64,000 nucleotides of DNA. Origin: the human T2T-CHM13v2.0 reference genome, Homo sapiens. The stretch lies in NCBI RefSeq assembly GCF_009914755.1, contig NC_060936.1. One strand, given 5' to 3'. Within the stretch, counting starts at the first letter, position 1. Each line of letters begins with the position of its first letter. Both the position numbers and the translations under genes were made by a program. Below, piece by piece: positions 1-13,776 of this stretch. The notes under the pieces were generated by a model. That model saw only the letters and a program-made list of their open reading frames with translations. It did no database searches and was not told the DNA's origin.

Positions 1-770
1 CATGTTTATTCATATTTATAGTTTATTTATTTTGCATATTTGTTCCTGAAACAGACTCTTCATATAACAAATAAAATCATAAGAATTTTATAATGGTAGA
101 GGTTCAATCATGTATTGCAACGTATTGGTTTTATGTTTTTAAATGCCCTTGTGCCTTTATTTTTAAATTAAGTAAATTTCAATTGTCTCTGAGGATCTTA
201 GATTCTTTTTGTAATTTTTAAGCTTGATCTTCTTCTGTATCCTTTACTTCAAATGCTATGGAAGCAAAAAAGTATACAAATGCAACTGTGCACACACAGA
301 AATAACAAACATTTTCTTAATGTGTTTATATGTGAACAAGACAAGTTCTATATCATCATTTTAATCTAATTCACTAGCATTTGCAAAAGTGATTGAGGCA
401 TAACAGTTATGCCTTTTATTTATAAATTATGTTAGTGTAACACCCTTCACAGATATCAAATCATTCCATCTAAACAAATCCTTGAAGGAGGTGAGCTGAT
501 TCAGTTGTTCAAACTGCTAACTGCTCACGAGTTTACCAAATTTTTAGCCCCTGCCTCATCAAATTCAATGGGTCAAAGTACGAGATAATTATTTGTCTCA
601 TATAAATATAGCATATATTTCTCCTGATGATGATTCCATTCCAAATTTTCATCTTGTAAATTCATTTTCTTTTGAATTAAATAAATAGTTTTTATAATTA
701 CTTCTTGAGTTATTCATAGGAAAAATCACATGATATGCAAAGTGTTGATTTTTCTTTTTTTATTTTATAG

Positions 771-844
771 ATTTAAATTTAGAGCTACAAATATTATGGG
801 ACAATTTACTGACTCTGATTATTCTGACCCTGTTAAGACTTTAG
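771..844 (+). CDS. PTPRQ: PTPRQ coding exon (74 nt), membrane-proximal ectodomain [24 protein letters not shown]
   Basis: tattttatag|A...TTAG|gtaaga; phase 2 in, phase 1 out; joins the TM exon in frame. Confidence 0.93.
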
Positions 845-1084
845 GTAAGACATTTTTGTAATTCATTTATAATCTCAACATATTTATCAAAGTTGGAACA
901 TTTATTAGTAAATGTATTAATCCATGTCTAGATGTTTTAAAATATAAACTCATTTAAATGTTAATTAGCCTCTCTAGTAATATTTGTGGGTTTTTAAAAT
1001 TTTTTCTTTTAGGTTTAGGAGTACCTGTGAAGGTTTGTTACACAAACATCTGTCATCTCATCTTAACTATCCTTTAAGTTAGGT

Positions 1085-1282
1085 CAGTGCTTCTCAGAGG
1101 GATTTTATACCCCAGGGGATATTTGGCAAAGTCTGGAGCCATTTTTGGCTGCCATAACAGGATGGTAGTGGTGGTGGTGCATGCTACTGGCATCTAGTGG
1201 GCAAAGATTAGGAATGCTGCTAAATTTCCACAATGCACAAAACAGCCCGTAATGTCAGTGGTCCTGAGGATGAGAAACTCTG
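1085..1282 (+). mobile_element. MER20 (hAT-Charlie MITE)
   Basis: CAGTGCTTCTC...TGCTACTGGCATCTAGTGG...GAGAAACTCTG termini and body match the recalled consensus. Confidence 0.8.
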
Positions 1283-1299
1283 ACTTAAGCCCTAATGTT

Positions 1300-1545
1300 G
1301 ACTCCATTTTACAGATGAGGAAACCAACACCCAGATTCTTTCAGTATTTAAGTGGCTAGGCCAGGATTCCAACATTACAGAACAGGATTTCATAACATTA
1401 CATTACAAATATGGGATTTAGACCTGGGTTCAAATCTTGGCTCTGTCACTTGAGAAAATAATTTAATTTCTATAAATCTGAGTTTCCTTTGTTGGGAAAA
1501 TATTGATAAGAGTATCATCCTTGAGGGGTTGTTGAAGTTTTGTGT
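1300..1545. mobile_element. Two MIR fragments in opposite orientation
   Basis: ccattttacagatgaggaaac (minus) followed by gacctgggttcaaatcttggctctgtcactt (plus). Confidence 0.6.
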
Positions 1546-3503
1546 AAAACAACATATATAAATATATTAATATTTTATAGTTAGTAAATTTTTAAAGTTT
1601 AATAGCTTTTTTGGATAGGTTATAATAAAATATTTTAGAAACATTTTTATTTAGGAGAAATTATTTCTCTAGAATTTCACTGAGAGGATCACAACATTCT
1701 ACGTTGTTTGTGCCAGGCCCTCAAAAGCCCCAGTTTATTCGTCTTAAAGAATTGCATGAACAGGGTATTTCTGGGGCACCACTTGAAAATGTAAGACTTC
1801 ATGTGTTGCCCAGATCCTGGCGAGCTGTTGCTCAGTGTATCTTGAACTGCTAATAGACTTCAGTGAGAGTTATGACTGGAGAAAGACGGATTGTCCCACC
1901 ATTTTTAGCCAGAAATTCTCATTGGGTTATGGAAATACTAATTGTATAAAAAGCCAGCCTCCACAGCCTCTACATGTAGTCAAGGAAACTTTGCATCTTG
2001 AAGAAATAGAGGGGGCATGTAGTTTGCTACATAGATGTTTGTAGAGAAATAACAAATTTCTTTGGCTAAAATGTTTGTTTAATTTTATACAAATCATTGG
2101 TTTGATTAATTTTACCCAATAATTTCATCATTTTAAAGCTAGCTGATTAGTTTTGTGGTTTTGAAATTGTATCAAGTGTTTCTTCATTTGATAGGTGAGT
2201 CTATCACACTCTGATGCCACCACAGTAAAATAAATGTCTTCTTGTCATCAGCATAATTTCCTATAGGTTACAGCATTCATAAGCCATTACTTCAGCTAAG
2301 TAGTGATCCTGGTGCATTTGCCAATGGAAGGTAAAAGACCTAGACAAGATAGATAACCCATGTGTCTTAGGAGATAATATTTTATAGGAGCAGTGCTGAA
2401 AGGAGCTAGCCTTGCTGTATTGTATGATGTTGTCTTTCATCAACTTACTGGTTTCATACAGATTATTCATGGGAAGGCAACATGTTCCGTCAGTTATCTG
2501 AGAGGCAAAGTTGAGACATTCAGGGTAATGGAAATGAGAAAGAAAAGCTATAAAAGGGGGGGAGCGCCAAGCATCAGGAACCACAGTGCACAGGAGCATG
2601 ATTCCTTAGATTCTGCTAAATGGCTTCTCTCTGCCCAATGATGGCCTCATCCAGCACTATAAGTAATCTCAAAGAGCTCCTCAGCAATGGTCTTCTCTTT
2701 CTTCTTTCCACTCACAGTCAAGGTGGTGGAATACAACCATTAATCCTGGAATGTAGCAGAAATACACAGTCAGGTTTTTGATTCCTTCTTTGGAAGTATA
2801 ACCACTGCCACCCCAATCATCTAGGTATGAATCTTTGTGTGCTCTGGAAACAGAAGGAGTCTACAGTGAGTAAAAGATGTGTAATGAAGGACAGAGCACA
2901 GGATCCTGCCAAGACTAAGGAAGGAGGGACTGGTGAAATGTAGACTGGACACAATATATAGAAAGGCACTGGGCTGCTGAGGGATAGTGACAAGGAAGGG
3001 TCCTATGTGTCTATGATCAAATTACTCAGAGTTCAGTGTATTTTTTGTAGACCAGTGACATGATGACAGTCTTTTAGGTTGCTCCTTAGAGTGATCTTCC
3101 AGGGACTCTCTCCTGAGATACAGCAGCTTTGTTAATTGGCCTTTGCCCTACAGTGCTTATTCTGGATTGACCACATGGAGTTCTGCTATTTAGATAGTCA
3201 TTTATAGCGAGTAAGACAGTGACAAGTGGAATCAAAGGAACTTGCTTGGTTTGTAATCGTTAGTTGTAGTGAAATGAGAATGCACCCCTGGAGCAGAATT
3301 CCTCAATGACTAGCAAAGCAGCCCAGCCATTTCTCTGGTTAATGGATTTAACACCATCAATTACTGTTGTCATATTTGCTTTCTACCAGACTATTGAGTG
3401 TCGTGGTTCTATGGAGATTAGAGTCACTTTCATAGGTCAAGAAACAAACAACATCCCCTAGAAGTGGTCCTGGTCCATTTGACATTGATAGAACGCTGTA
3501 GAT

Positions 3504-3725
3504 CAGGGGTGTCCAATCTATTGGCTTTTCTAGGCCACATTGGAATAAGAAGAATTGTCTTGGACTACATATAAAATACATCAACACTAACAATAGCCGA
3601 TGAACCAAAAAAAATTGTAAAACCATATCCTAATGTTTTAAGAAAGTTTACAAATTTCTGTTGGCCCACGTCCAAAGTTGTCCTGGGCCACATGCAGCCC
3701 ATGAGCTGCGAGTTGGACAAGCTCG
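3504..3725 (+). mobile_element. MER30 (hAT-Charlie MITE)
   Basis: CAGGGGTGTCCAATCT...GTTGGACAAGCTCG; degenerate 8-bp TSD ctgtagat/ccacagat. Confidence 0.82.
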
Positions 3726-5764
3726 CCACAGATTCAAAAGAGTTCTTAGTAAAAGAACATTGCCAGGGAAGAAACTCTAGAAGAACTCAAAAAGAAAACA
3801 AAGTTGATCAATTCTCCAATGGTTAGTGGCAAGAATGGTTTCATGGTTGTGAGAATGAAGGCAGGCAAATAATAAAGTGCATTCATATAATACCCCTGGT
3901 GTCATCAGAAGATGACAAAGGGTGATTGAGTCCTTTTTTTCTCTCAAATATGTCATGTGTTGGGATATATGAATCATTTGCAGCAGGCTAGGGACTCAAA
4001 CATTCCTGGTAAGCTGCTGAAGACATATGTGTGCATGTAATCCCAGACTACAGAGAGAGAAGTCTAGGTCCCATCAAGGTCATCCACCCACCAGGGGATA
4101 AGCATTCATTCACTGGTATTTTGCACACCACAGGCAATGAGCACTAAGCCGAGTTGCCTGTCTGTTGAAACTTTGGGATTTAAGAGCTTTTGCACGACTC
4201 TGTTTCCACAGACCATTGTAGTGGTAATTATGCCTCTCAGAGACGTTATTATTTGGAGTTTAAAATTAGGGGCAAAAGAATCACCATAGACTGATAATCT
4301 TAAAAATGTTTAAGTTTAGTGAAAGGGACTAATGAAAGTACAAGTGAGAGATGGCCAGGTAGAACTTCACTGGATGGATAAGTATGAGTCTGTGGAAGAG
4401 CAGTTTGCATTTAGGGAAACCTTTCTGGCCTGTAGGGTTAAACAGGGAAGATAACGTATGCATTATTTTAATCCTAAATAAATACTTGAAACTTATTTGA
4501 TTTCGTTTTTACTCAAGATTGAGTATTGGCATTTTTATTATCAAAATTCACAAAAAACCCTCTTAAACTTTTTGAAAAAATCTTCCCTAGGCACATCAGT
4601 TTATGGAAAGTGCTTGTAGGCAATGTTTTGATTACAAGGTTTAATTATAGAGGGATCCTGTGATTTGAAAACCAGACACCCGTTTCTGTACCTTACAGGG
4701 CTCTCATTAAAGCTGAACATGATGAAATCTTAAACCCCATGGCAAAGGCACTCTGTGATTGTTTTCTTTTGTCATAACACTTCTCATTTAATTACTATGC
4801 TAACAATGAAAAGTTCCAATGTGCTCACTTAGATTCAGAAATAGGGAGTTGCTATGTATCTTTTGCATCCAAAGGATTACTTCCCTAAAGTCACCAGAGG
4901 AACAGAGGAAGATTGTATTTTGTTAACGAGACAGTGGTAATGTGGTGGTGAACCTCACATACTCTGTAGTCAAGACAGACGTATTTCAGGCAGGCTTGGT
5001 ATATATTGAATTTATGAGATTGTGGGTTAGTTACTTAAAAAATTATTTTTAAGTTCTGAAATCTTATTTCTAAAATGAGAATACTAATACCCATTTTAGA
5101 AGCTAACTAGGAGATTAAATCAGATGAATAAAATGGATGAATAAATATGAAATGTTTGTTAATAAAGATACCTGTCATTGTTTATGTACCAAGTCTTTAA
5201 GGGGTTTTACATATAAACTCATGCATCTTCACTGCAACTCTGTAACAACACCTCCTATTTACATAGCGCCAATTTCTAGGTAAGAAGTTTGAAGCATTGT
5301 GTTTTTTAGTAACTTGACCAAGCTTTTTAACCATCCCAAAGGTGGTGGCAGAACCTGCTTTCAGACCCAGGCAGCGTGACCTCAGTCAGTGCTGTACTTG
5401 TAACCACTGCACACACTACCTGCAAATCACTAAGTCCCCAAGTAGCCCCCAGTTCATTACTATGGGTGATGTTTCTGCTCCCACAACCTATCTTTGCTGT
5501 ACCATTTTCTCTTCTTGATAGTTTTAATTATTTCTAGCAGCTCTCTTTTCTCACACTTTGTCTTGGCTTTTGAGGTTAGTGTTCACAGATAAGCATGTGT
5601 TGCTTTTGTGTTTAGAGATATGGTTTCTTTTTATTTTTTTAACACCGAATAATGTGACTTTTCTCACACCCTAGCAAACACTTTATTAGCTACCTTTAAA
5701 TTTTTTCCTGTCTGTATGGATGAAAATGATGTTCATCCCTATGGGGTGTTTTAATCTATATGTT

Positions 5765-5920
5765 TAAAATTTTATTGAATATTGACAAATTATACACGTA
5801 TATATTTATGGGGAACAGAGTGATGCCATGATATATGTATACCATGTGCAATTATTGAATCAAGTTAATTAACAAATCCATCACCTCAAGCACTTATCAT
5901 TTATTCCTCCTATCTAACTC
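5765..5920 (-). mobile_element. L1MA-type 3' end fragment
   Basis: ttgacaaattatacacgtatatatttatgggg...ccatcacctcaag is the antisense of the L1M 3' terminus. Confidence 0.6.
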
Positions 5921-6058
5921 TATTTCTTGACTTATGGAATTGAGTAACTTTTAGTAAATTATTTGCTCAGTGTTTGAATACCCTAGGTGACTAGCACTGG
6001 GCCAAAAGAGAAGATGAACTCCCTATACTTTAGTCCTGTTATAAGAACTCAATTTTTA

Positions 6059-6157
6059 TAATAATAATAATAATAATAATAATAAAGAAGGAGGAAGAGG
6101 AGGAGGAGGAGGAAGGGGAGGAGGAGAAGAAGGAGAGGGAGAAATAAGGAGGAAAAG
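6059..6157. repeat. (AAT)n followed by a GGA-rich purine tract
   Basis: Read directly from the sequence. Confidence 0.9.
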
Positions 6158-7596
6158 ACTTTCCATTTTATATGCATCTTTATCAGGAGCCAGGCATTGT
6201 ACTATGAGCTTTGTATCTAATTGAATTCAAGTTTCTCCTTAGAGAATAGGCTTAAAAACAGACTTAAAAAGTTGGATACATATGCTGAATTTAAATAATG
6301 ATAACTTCAGTCAGAAGATAATACTTATGAAAAATTAGTGCTTTAGAATTATGATTTGCCAAATTATAGTAGTACAATTTATTATGTAAACAGAACAATT
6401 TAATGTGATTTGTCACAGGATTTTAAGTCTAGTCAGAAATGACTTGCACCTACTACAAAAAGAAACATGTTTATATTTTTAAGTAAAAGAATTCCATTTT
6501 CTATTAAAGGATTTGGAGAAGTGACATCATTCTCTACTGTTAATGCTCTGTGGGTCCATGCATAACAGTGAATCAGAAAGTGTACTTGATAATCAGGGAA
6601 CATTTTGTCCTCTCTTAGTGACACTTTTGTAATTCATGTGCCCAAAGGATTACATATTGTTTATTAATATATTATATGTCATTTCCTCATTTGGCCAGTG
6701 CTTTGAAATGGTAATCTAATCTAAAAAAAATTTTTTGTGTGGTCTATGAGAACATTTTTTTCCCACTGAGTTCTAAGGCCCAGTGATTCATTATTACCTA
6801 ATAAAGAGGATTCTTTATTCATCTTCATGCCTCCTTTCCCAAGCATATCCAATTAGAGTCACCATGTGAAAATTCATAAATCAAACCGTTCGTATTTTAA
6901 TGTATAAAAAAATGTACCTAAAATACTTTAGGTGATACATGCTGCTTTCTCATTTTTTAAATTTAGCAGGAGATTCTAGCAGACCATGAAGTGCTGATAA
7001 CTGTTTTAAATTCAGTATTTATTCAAATCCACCATGCAGGATAGCCACAGGAACTCTTTTATATTGGTAACATTACATAAGTACCAATACAGGACAAAAA
7101 GATGAAGCATTAATACGTGCCTATTTTACACATTGGTAACCTATTTTGTCACTTGACTGTAATACTTTGTGCAGTAAAATTATAAATTATGTAACTTAAA
7201 ATTGATTACAATTATAATTAGTAGTTGTGCTTAATAATTTTTATATTCTTATTTGGTTCAATGCCTGATCTTCAAACACGAACATTTTTAATCTTTTTCA
7301 AAATCAATATATTTGTTCATTAGTAAATTTAGCAAATATTTATTTAATATTTACTCTGTGCCCAGTACATCTCTCAGACCGTGGAATAGTTTTGTATAAA
7401 ACAAAAACCCCTGTACTCAAGGGGGCTTACATTCTGGAGGAAAGGACAGAGAATAAATAGTAAGAATAATAAATAAGTGATTTATATGTTAAAATAAGAT
7501 AAAGTTATGGAGGAAAAAAGTAGAACAGAGGGAAGAAGGAGGGGGAGGAGGAGGCAGAAAATGCAGGGAGTTGTGTCTTTCAATTTTAAATAGTGT

Positions 7597-7855
7597 GCTG
7601 TGTTAGTCTGCTCAGGCTGCCATCACAAAATATCATAGATGGGGTGTGTTAAACAATAGAAGTTTATTTCCTCACAGTCCAGAAGGCTAGAAATCTAGGA
7701 TCAAGTTTCCTGCCCATTTGGTATCAGGTGAGGGCTCTCTTTCTGGCTTACAGATGGTTGCCTTCTTGCAGTGTTCTTACATGGCCTTTCCTTGGTGCAT
7801 GGATGGAGATAGAGAAAATATGGTGGGGGGAGGAGGAGGAGAAAGGAGTGAGTGG

Positions 7856-7903
<48 letters not shown>

Positions 7904-8076
7904 TGGAGAACAAGCTCTCTGTGTCTCTTCTTATAAGTCACTAATCCCATCAGATCGGGGCCTCACCCTATGGCCTCATTTAACTGTAATTCCTTTCTTA
8001 CTCCAAATACAGCCACACTGGGGATTAGGGCTTCAACATATTAATTTGGGGGAAACACATGTATTCAGCCCATAAT
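7597..8076 (-). mobile_element. MLT1A-type MaLR solo LTR containing a (CA)n(GA)n microsatellite at 7856-7902
   Basis: tgttagtctgctcaggctgccatcacaaaatatcataga...gggcttcaacatattaatttgggggaaacaca. Confidence 0.75.
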
Positions 8077-9422
8077 ATATGATCATTGAGAAGGTATTTC
8101 AGCAAACCTTTAAAGGAAGTGAAGTGGCTACCCAGAAAGATATACAAGGCATACACACCTTTGCAGGCAGAGGAAGAAGCTGCTGCAAAAGCCATGTGTC
8201 AACAATGGCCTTGTGTTATTCATCAATAAGGAGGCTAATCTGGCTCCCTAGGAGTGAGCAAGCAAGGTGGGGACTGGAAGGGAAATCAGAGGGGTAACAG
8301 GGGACCAGACAGTTAATGAGGGACCAGATCACACATGCCACTGGAAGGATATGGGCTTTTCTCAGTGGGAGATGAGGAGGATTTTAAGCAGAGAAATAAT
8401 GTTTTAAAACGATTGTCCTTGCTTGTATGTTGAAAATAGGTGGAACAAGGACAAAGGTGGATACAGGCAGACTTGCTAAGTTTTTAATTCATGCAAGACA
8501 GGATGGTGGCCTAGATCAGATTATCAGCAGCAAAGGTGGAGCAAAGTGAATGGAACATACATAAAACTAGAAAAAATGGTGTCATGAACCCCCAAATACC
8601 TACTAACTCAATTTAATAATAATTAACATTTGGCCACATTTGTTTTATTTAGACATTGTTCACTTATTTCTGAAGTAAAGTAAGTCACATAACGCATATT
8701 CCACTCCTAAATACTTTAGTATGTTTCTCTAATAAGTACATTTTTATTATATTGCTGTGATTAAACTTAACAATAAATTATTGATATTATTTAAGCTACT
8801 TGTATATACGTTTTCAAATCAGTCTTTGATTTTTTTCTTTAAAGTTAATTTATTTGAATCAGGATCCAAATAGGAATTTACACATTATCTTTGATTGTTC
8901 TGTTTCTTCTATTATTTTTTTAAAGAGCCTTCTTTTCTCCTTTCCTTCCCCCCTATGTCATAGACTCCCTGAAGCAATCAGATAGGTTGTCACGTAGGAA
9001 GTCCCATATTTTGGATCTGTCTGGTGGTTTTCTCTTGATGTCCTTTAATTTTTTTTCTTTCCACCACTTTCTTATAAATTAGAAATAAGATCTAAAGCTT
9101 TGAGTATTCGCAGTCAACATTTTTGTCAGAAGTACTTTATAGGTCTTGCTCACTAGATCAAAATACCTTCCATCAGGAAGTGTAGAATATCTGATTGTTA
9201 CACGTGATGCTAAAATTGATCAGTAGGCTTGGTGGCAGCAACAGCATGATCCTTCATTGGAAAGTTGGTTTTGACCACTTATAACAAGCGTATAATCTAT
9301 ACAGCGATATTTTGTCATCCTGTAAATGTCCAATTCCCCATTAACTTTCCTCCTAATCATTTTAGAATACATTTATGTTTGTTACCTGAATCAACTATTT
9401 CGTTAGAAATACTGATTATTAA

Positions 9423-9731
<309 letters not shown>

Positions 9732-9939
9732 TAATTTTGTCACTCCTTTAACATTTATGCAGCAAAATTATCTTCTAATAATGAGCTTTATCTCCTTAAC
9801 TAGGGCTATTTTTAAAAAGTCATAAAATGTAGTTCAGATAAGAAACCCAGAAAAGTATACATTTCAATTATAAATTAATTAAGAATATTTAGGCCAAGGA
9901 GATGGTCTAGTTATAGCCAGAGTTTACAAATTAGTACTT

Positions 9940-10078
9940 TTTTTAAACTATTGGGTACTGGGCTTGATACCTGGTTGATGAAATCATCTGTGCAAAAAGC
10001 TCCTGTGACACAAGTTTATCTTATATAACAAACATTCACATGTGGCCTCCGAATTGAAGATAAAAGTTTAAAAAAAAA
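9940..10078 (+). mobile_element. L1P 3' end fragment
   Basis: ctattgggtactgggcttgatacctgg...gacacaagtttatc...aaaagttta plus A-tail. Confidence 0.65.
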
Positions 10079-10894
10079 TCAGTATTTTTGTTATTTGTAT
10101 TTCTTTTATTAAATAATCTTATTTTTTATTTCTGATCAATTTCCATTTTTATTAAATATAAGGCTTGAATTCTTCCCTCTTTGGCCAGTAGGAGCCCCTT
10201 CAGGAGGATCATTTGTTCCTTTTATACCAGTAGCCTTTTGTTAGCTTCCTAGATCTCTAGCACCATTATATGTCTTGAATTTGTTTAGTTCCTTCCTCCC
10301 ACTTTGCAATTACCATCTTTCCAAAGTTACATAGTTTCTTTGGTGAAAATTACAAATATGTTGAAGATAGAGCCTACAGGATTTCCTCACATGTTTTGGA
10401 TGTATTCTATGAAAGAGAGTCAAAGATGACTCCAGGGTTTTGGCCTTAGCAACTACAGTAATGGAGTGTCCATCAACTGAGAGGTGGGAGGATACAGTTG
10501 AAAGGAGGGAAGTGTACATGTTCAGTTTTGGACATATCAATTTAACATTTTAAGTATACTTCAAAATAAAGACGTCTGGTAGGCAGTTAGATATATAAGT
10601 CTGAAGTCTGGTGGATAAAAACTAAGTAGTCATCATCATATAGATGAAATTAAAACTGTGAGGCTAGATGGGCTCACACTGGGAGTGAGTTTAGATAGAA
10701 AAAGCAAGAAGACCCGGGACTGAGCCCCAAAGTTAAAAAATCTAGGAGAAGAGGAACAAACAAGCTGCTACATTTTACTAGTATTCTTCAGCAAAGAATA
10801 TTTTCTTATGCCAAGATAATATTTTTTGGTAGTTTGGGATTCAAAATAAGATTCCATAATAATATTTAATGATCCTGTTATCCCTCTTCTCCAG

Positions 10895-10994
10895 GGGAAG
10901 GACTTTCAGAAAGAACCGTAGAGATCATTCTTTCCGTCACTTTGTGTATCCTTTCAATAATTCTCCTTGGAACAGCTATTTTTGCATTTGCAAG
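10895..10994 (+). CDS. PTPRQ: PTPRQ coding exon (100 nt), transmembrane helix [34 protein letters not shown]
   Basis: cttctccag|GG...CAAG|gtaaga; long hydrophobic stretch followed by basic residues in the next exon. Confidence 0.95.
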
Positions 10995-11101
10995 GTAAGA
11001 TTTATTTGCGCTTACATTCCAGGATGCTTTATGGGCATTATATCAGTCATAGTCCAATCAGGAGACAGAAGCCACAACAGTTACTTGAATGGGAAACATT
11101 T

Positions 11102-11215
11102 TTATTTTTAATAGACAGATAAAAATGTATTTATCATGTACAATATGATACTTTAAAGTGTATATGCGTTGTGTAGTGACTAAATCTAGCCATAAAAGGA
11201 AAGAAATCCTGCCAT
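11102..11215 (-). mobile_element. Short L1MA-type insertion with 5' inversion, inside an older LTR-like element
   Basis: Antisense L1 3' end then a sense L1 fragment; degenerate 17-bp TSD at 11085-11101 / 11216-11232. Confidence 0.65.
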
Positions 11216-13647
11216 TTGAACAGAAAACATTTAATGTAAAGAATTGTTAACTAGCAGAAATGGCTAACTACTAAAGAGAGTAAAAGAGAAATCTAAGAGT
11301 CCAGAAGTAGCAAGCAAAACAAAGCAGCTACTCTCTTTAACTTGAAGGAGAGAGGACAGTAAACAACTAAGAACTGAAAGAAGTTGTCTCCCAAGACTTA
11401 CATGGAATCGCTACTTCTAGCACATGCAACCTATCACCAAACAGTGAGCAAAGAAATATGACAGAGGGAAGGGGTTGGAGCTGTTCCGTAGAAGCTACCC
11501 GTCATTATTAGATGGTAGGCAGGCTGAAATTGGTAATAGAAGCATCCCATTCTTGCTGAATGGTGTAGGTGAGCTGGTACTACTTGAGACTGTTCACGAA
11601 TGGCATGGGCAGAACGTTCACTTCAGAGGCAACAAGAGCTCATCCAAGTGAGCTGCTGGGCTCTCACAATGAATAACAATAATGCAGGATTGGATCCCAC
11701 AAGGGCAGTGTTTTCCTCTTCCTACTGCCTCTCAGGGTCACTCTAGTGCCCTCTATTGACAAAGCCTCACTTTCGGCCGGCTGGCAAAGGAGAAATGCAG
11801 GTTCCAGCTCCAATATCAAAGAGCACAGCAAAAAAAAGGAGGTTTGGAGATGAGAGACAACAAGGTGAAAACACAAAAGCAGAAGCTTTCAGGCCACCTA
11901 CATCTTTTAAAGTAATTTGTAACTCTTATAGGTTTAATTTAAAATATCTCAATCAGGTCTAAATATTAAAGTTTATACAGAAAGAGATCTTTTTTATAGT
12001 TAGAACAACACTTGTAAATTATCCAGCTTCCTTATATGGTAGACCCCCTTCTCATGCTTACTTTCTGAACATGTCTGTGCTGAATTTTCCAAGTGTATCT
12101 TTCCATTCTCAGCATCAGCATCCTACTTCCCTTATTATTTACAGGGCCTCGTTGGAAATCTTACTTCTGACCTCAAAATCTAGCTTCTTAAGGCAGATTG
12201 CCGAGTTAAAGGGACCTTACATTTGTAAAGTAAACTTTCTACCAATTTCCTAAATAGTTCAATAGACTATTTTTATTTCAACTGAAGAATGTAGTTCTGT
12301 ATTCTAAATGCCATGCATTATGGTTCATCTTGACTCTCTTAAAGCATAATTTTAATAGATAATTTGAAAGGCTCTTGAAAAAGATATTTTCTCTATACCA
12401 CATAACTATTTGCAGATTTAGCCAGAAGACAGTGAGAGAGTTATCATTCGAGGCACTTTGAATGCTATAATGTGTAAAATATGGGCCTTTCCCTAAGGAG
12501 TATGGACTGGCCACATTTATGTAATTTCCCTGCTCTAAAATCTTTTCTGACTTCTCATTTCTCTACAAGATGAACTCCTTGTGTGAGTAGGAAATGGTCC
12601 TCCTTATTCCCCACAACTTGCCTACTCACTAGCTAAAGAGATCTATTCTCACCTGAACATTCCTTGGGCTTTTATACATTCTGCTTTTGTTCAGTCACCC
12701 TGAAATGTGCTTCCTCCTCCTTCTCATCCTGGGACATCCAAGTCAAATTCTACTTCTTTACCTCCTCTAAATAATAATAACTATTTATGTAACTAATCAG
12801 GCACTGTCTTATGTGTTGTAATTTGAATCTTTTTTTCTCTTTTCATGTTTTTTCTGCATTGAAATCTTGCCTCTCAACTAAATTGTAATGTCTTTGAGGG
12901 TAGGGAACATGTTTTATACTTTCCATATCATCCTTGATATCCAACTCTTAATAAATACTAAATATTTGAAATGTGAAAGATAGAATAGCTAAACATTACT
13001 TTGTAATATACCATACTGTGTCATGGAGAAATAAGCATTTAAAGGGTTTAAGATGAAAAGAATCTGATTTGATTCTCAGATTCATGTGGCTTTTATTTTT
13101 GAACCTAAGTTTTCTGATTGTAAAGATAATATCTACTCACAATATTTTTATAAAAATTCAATAAGATAATTTGAAAATAATTTTTAAGTATTTTCATGCA
13201 TGTAAAAATATTTCATATATGTGAACACAATGGGGCATTATCTGTTAGCAATACTATTGATAGCATTGAACTATTTTCACTTTGGCATAGTTCCTTTATA
13301 TGACAAATCAATGACATAGCTAGAGAGAAGAGAAACAAGATCACAACGTAAGTCTTCTTGGCTCTATATTTAAATGTACCAATGGCTCAGGCCTTCGTCA
13401 ACTAATTCTTCTTAAATTTAGAACTTCATCCCAATAACTTATTAGAAAAAAAAGAAAGTAGAATAGGTTCTATGGAATTAAAACAAGAAAAAGAAGTCGA
13501 GTAGCTATAAATTTGCAACATATTCAGAGAGGTGATTTTAACAAGGAAATTATTTGACTAAATGTCTTTACTTAAAAAGAAAACTAAACCTAATTTTATA
13601 TACTTTGTGTGAAACTCCCTTCTTGGACTTTACTCCGCTTGTTTTAG

Positions 13648-13776
13648 AATTCGACAGAAGCAGAAAGAAGGTGGCACATACTCTCCTCAGGATGCAGAAA
13701 TTATTGACACTAAATTGAAGCTGGATCAGCTCATCACAGTGGCAGACCTGGAACTGAAGGACGAGAGATTAACGCG
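13648..13776 (+). CDS. PTPRQ: PTPRQ coding exon (129 nt), juxtamembrane [43 protein letters not shown]
   Basis: gttttag|A...ACGCG|gtgagc; open frame, symmetric phase 2-2. Confidence 0.95.

Noticed and set aside
2190-2200. Consensus donor TAG|GTGAGT
   Set aside because: No convincing paired acceptor or open frame compatible with the flanking exons
10869-11111. 80-aa ORF over the TM exon; also the ORF at 57688..57897 over the last exon
   Set aside because: Wrong frame relative to the spliced PTPRQ CDS; no independent support
9800-13375. MEF2-like CTAWWWWTAR motifs (e.g. about 9805 and 13364)
   Set aside because: Expected by chance in such AT-rich DNA; the first lies within repeat-derived sequence
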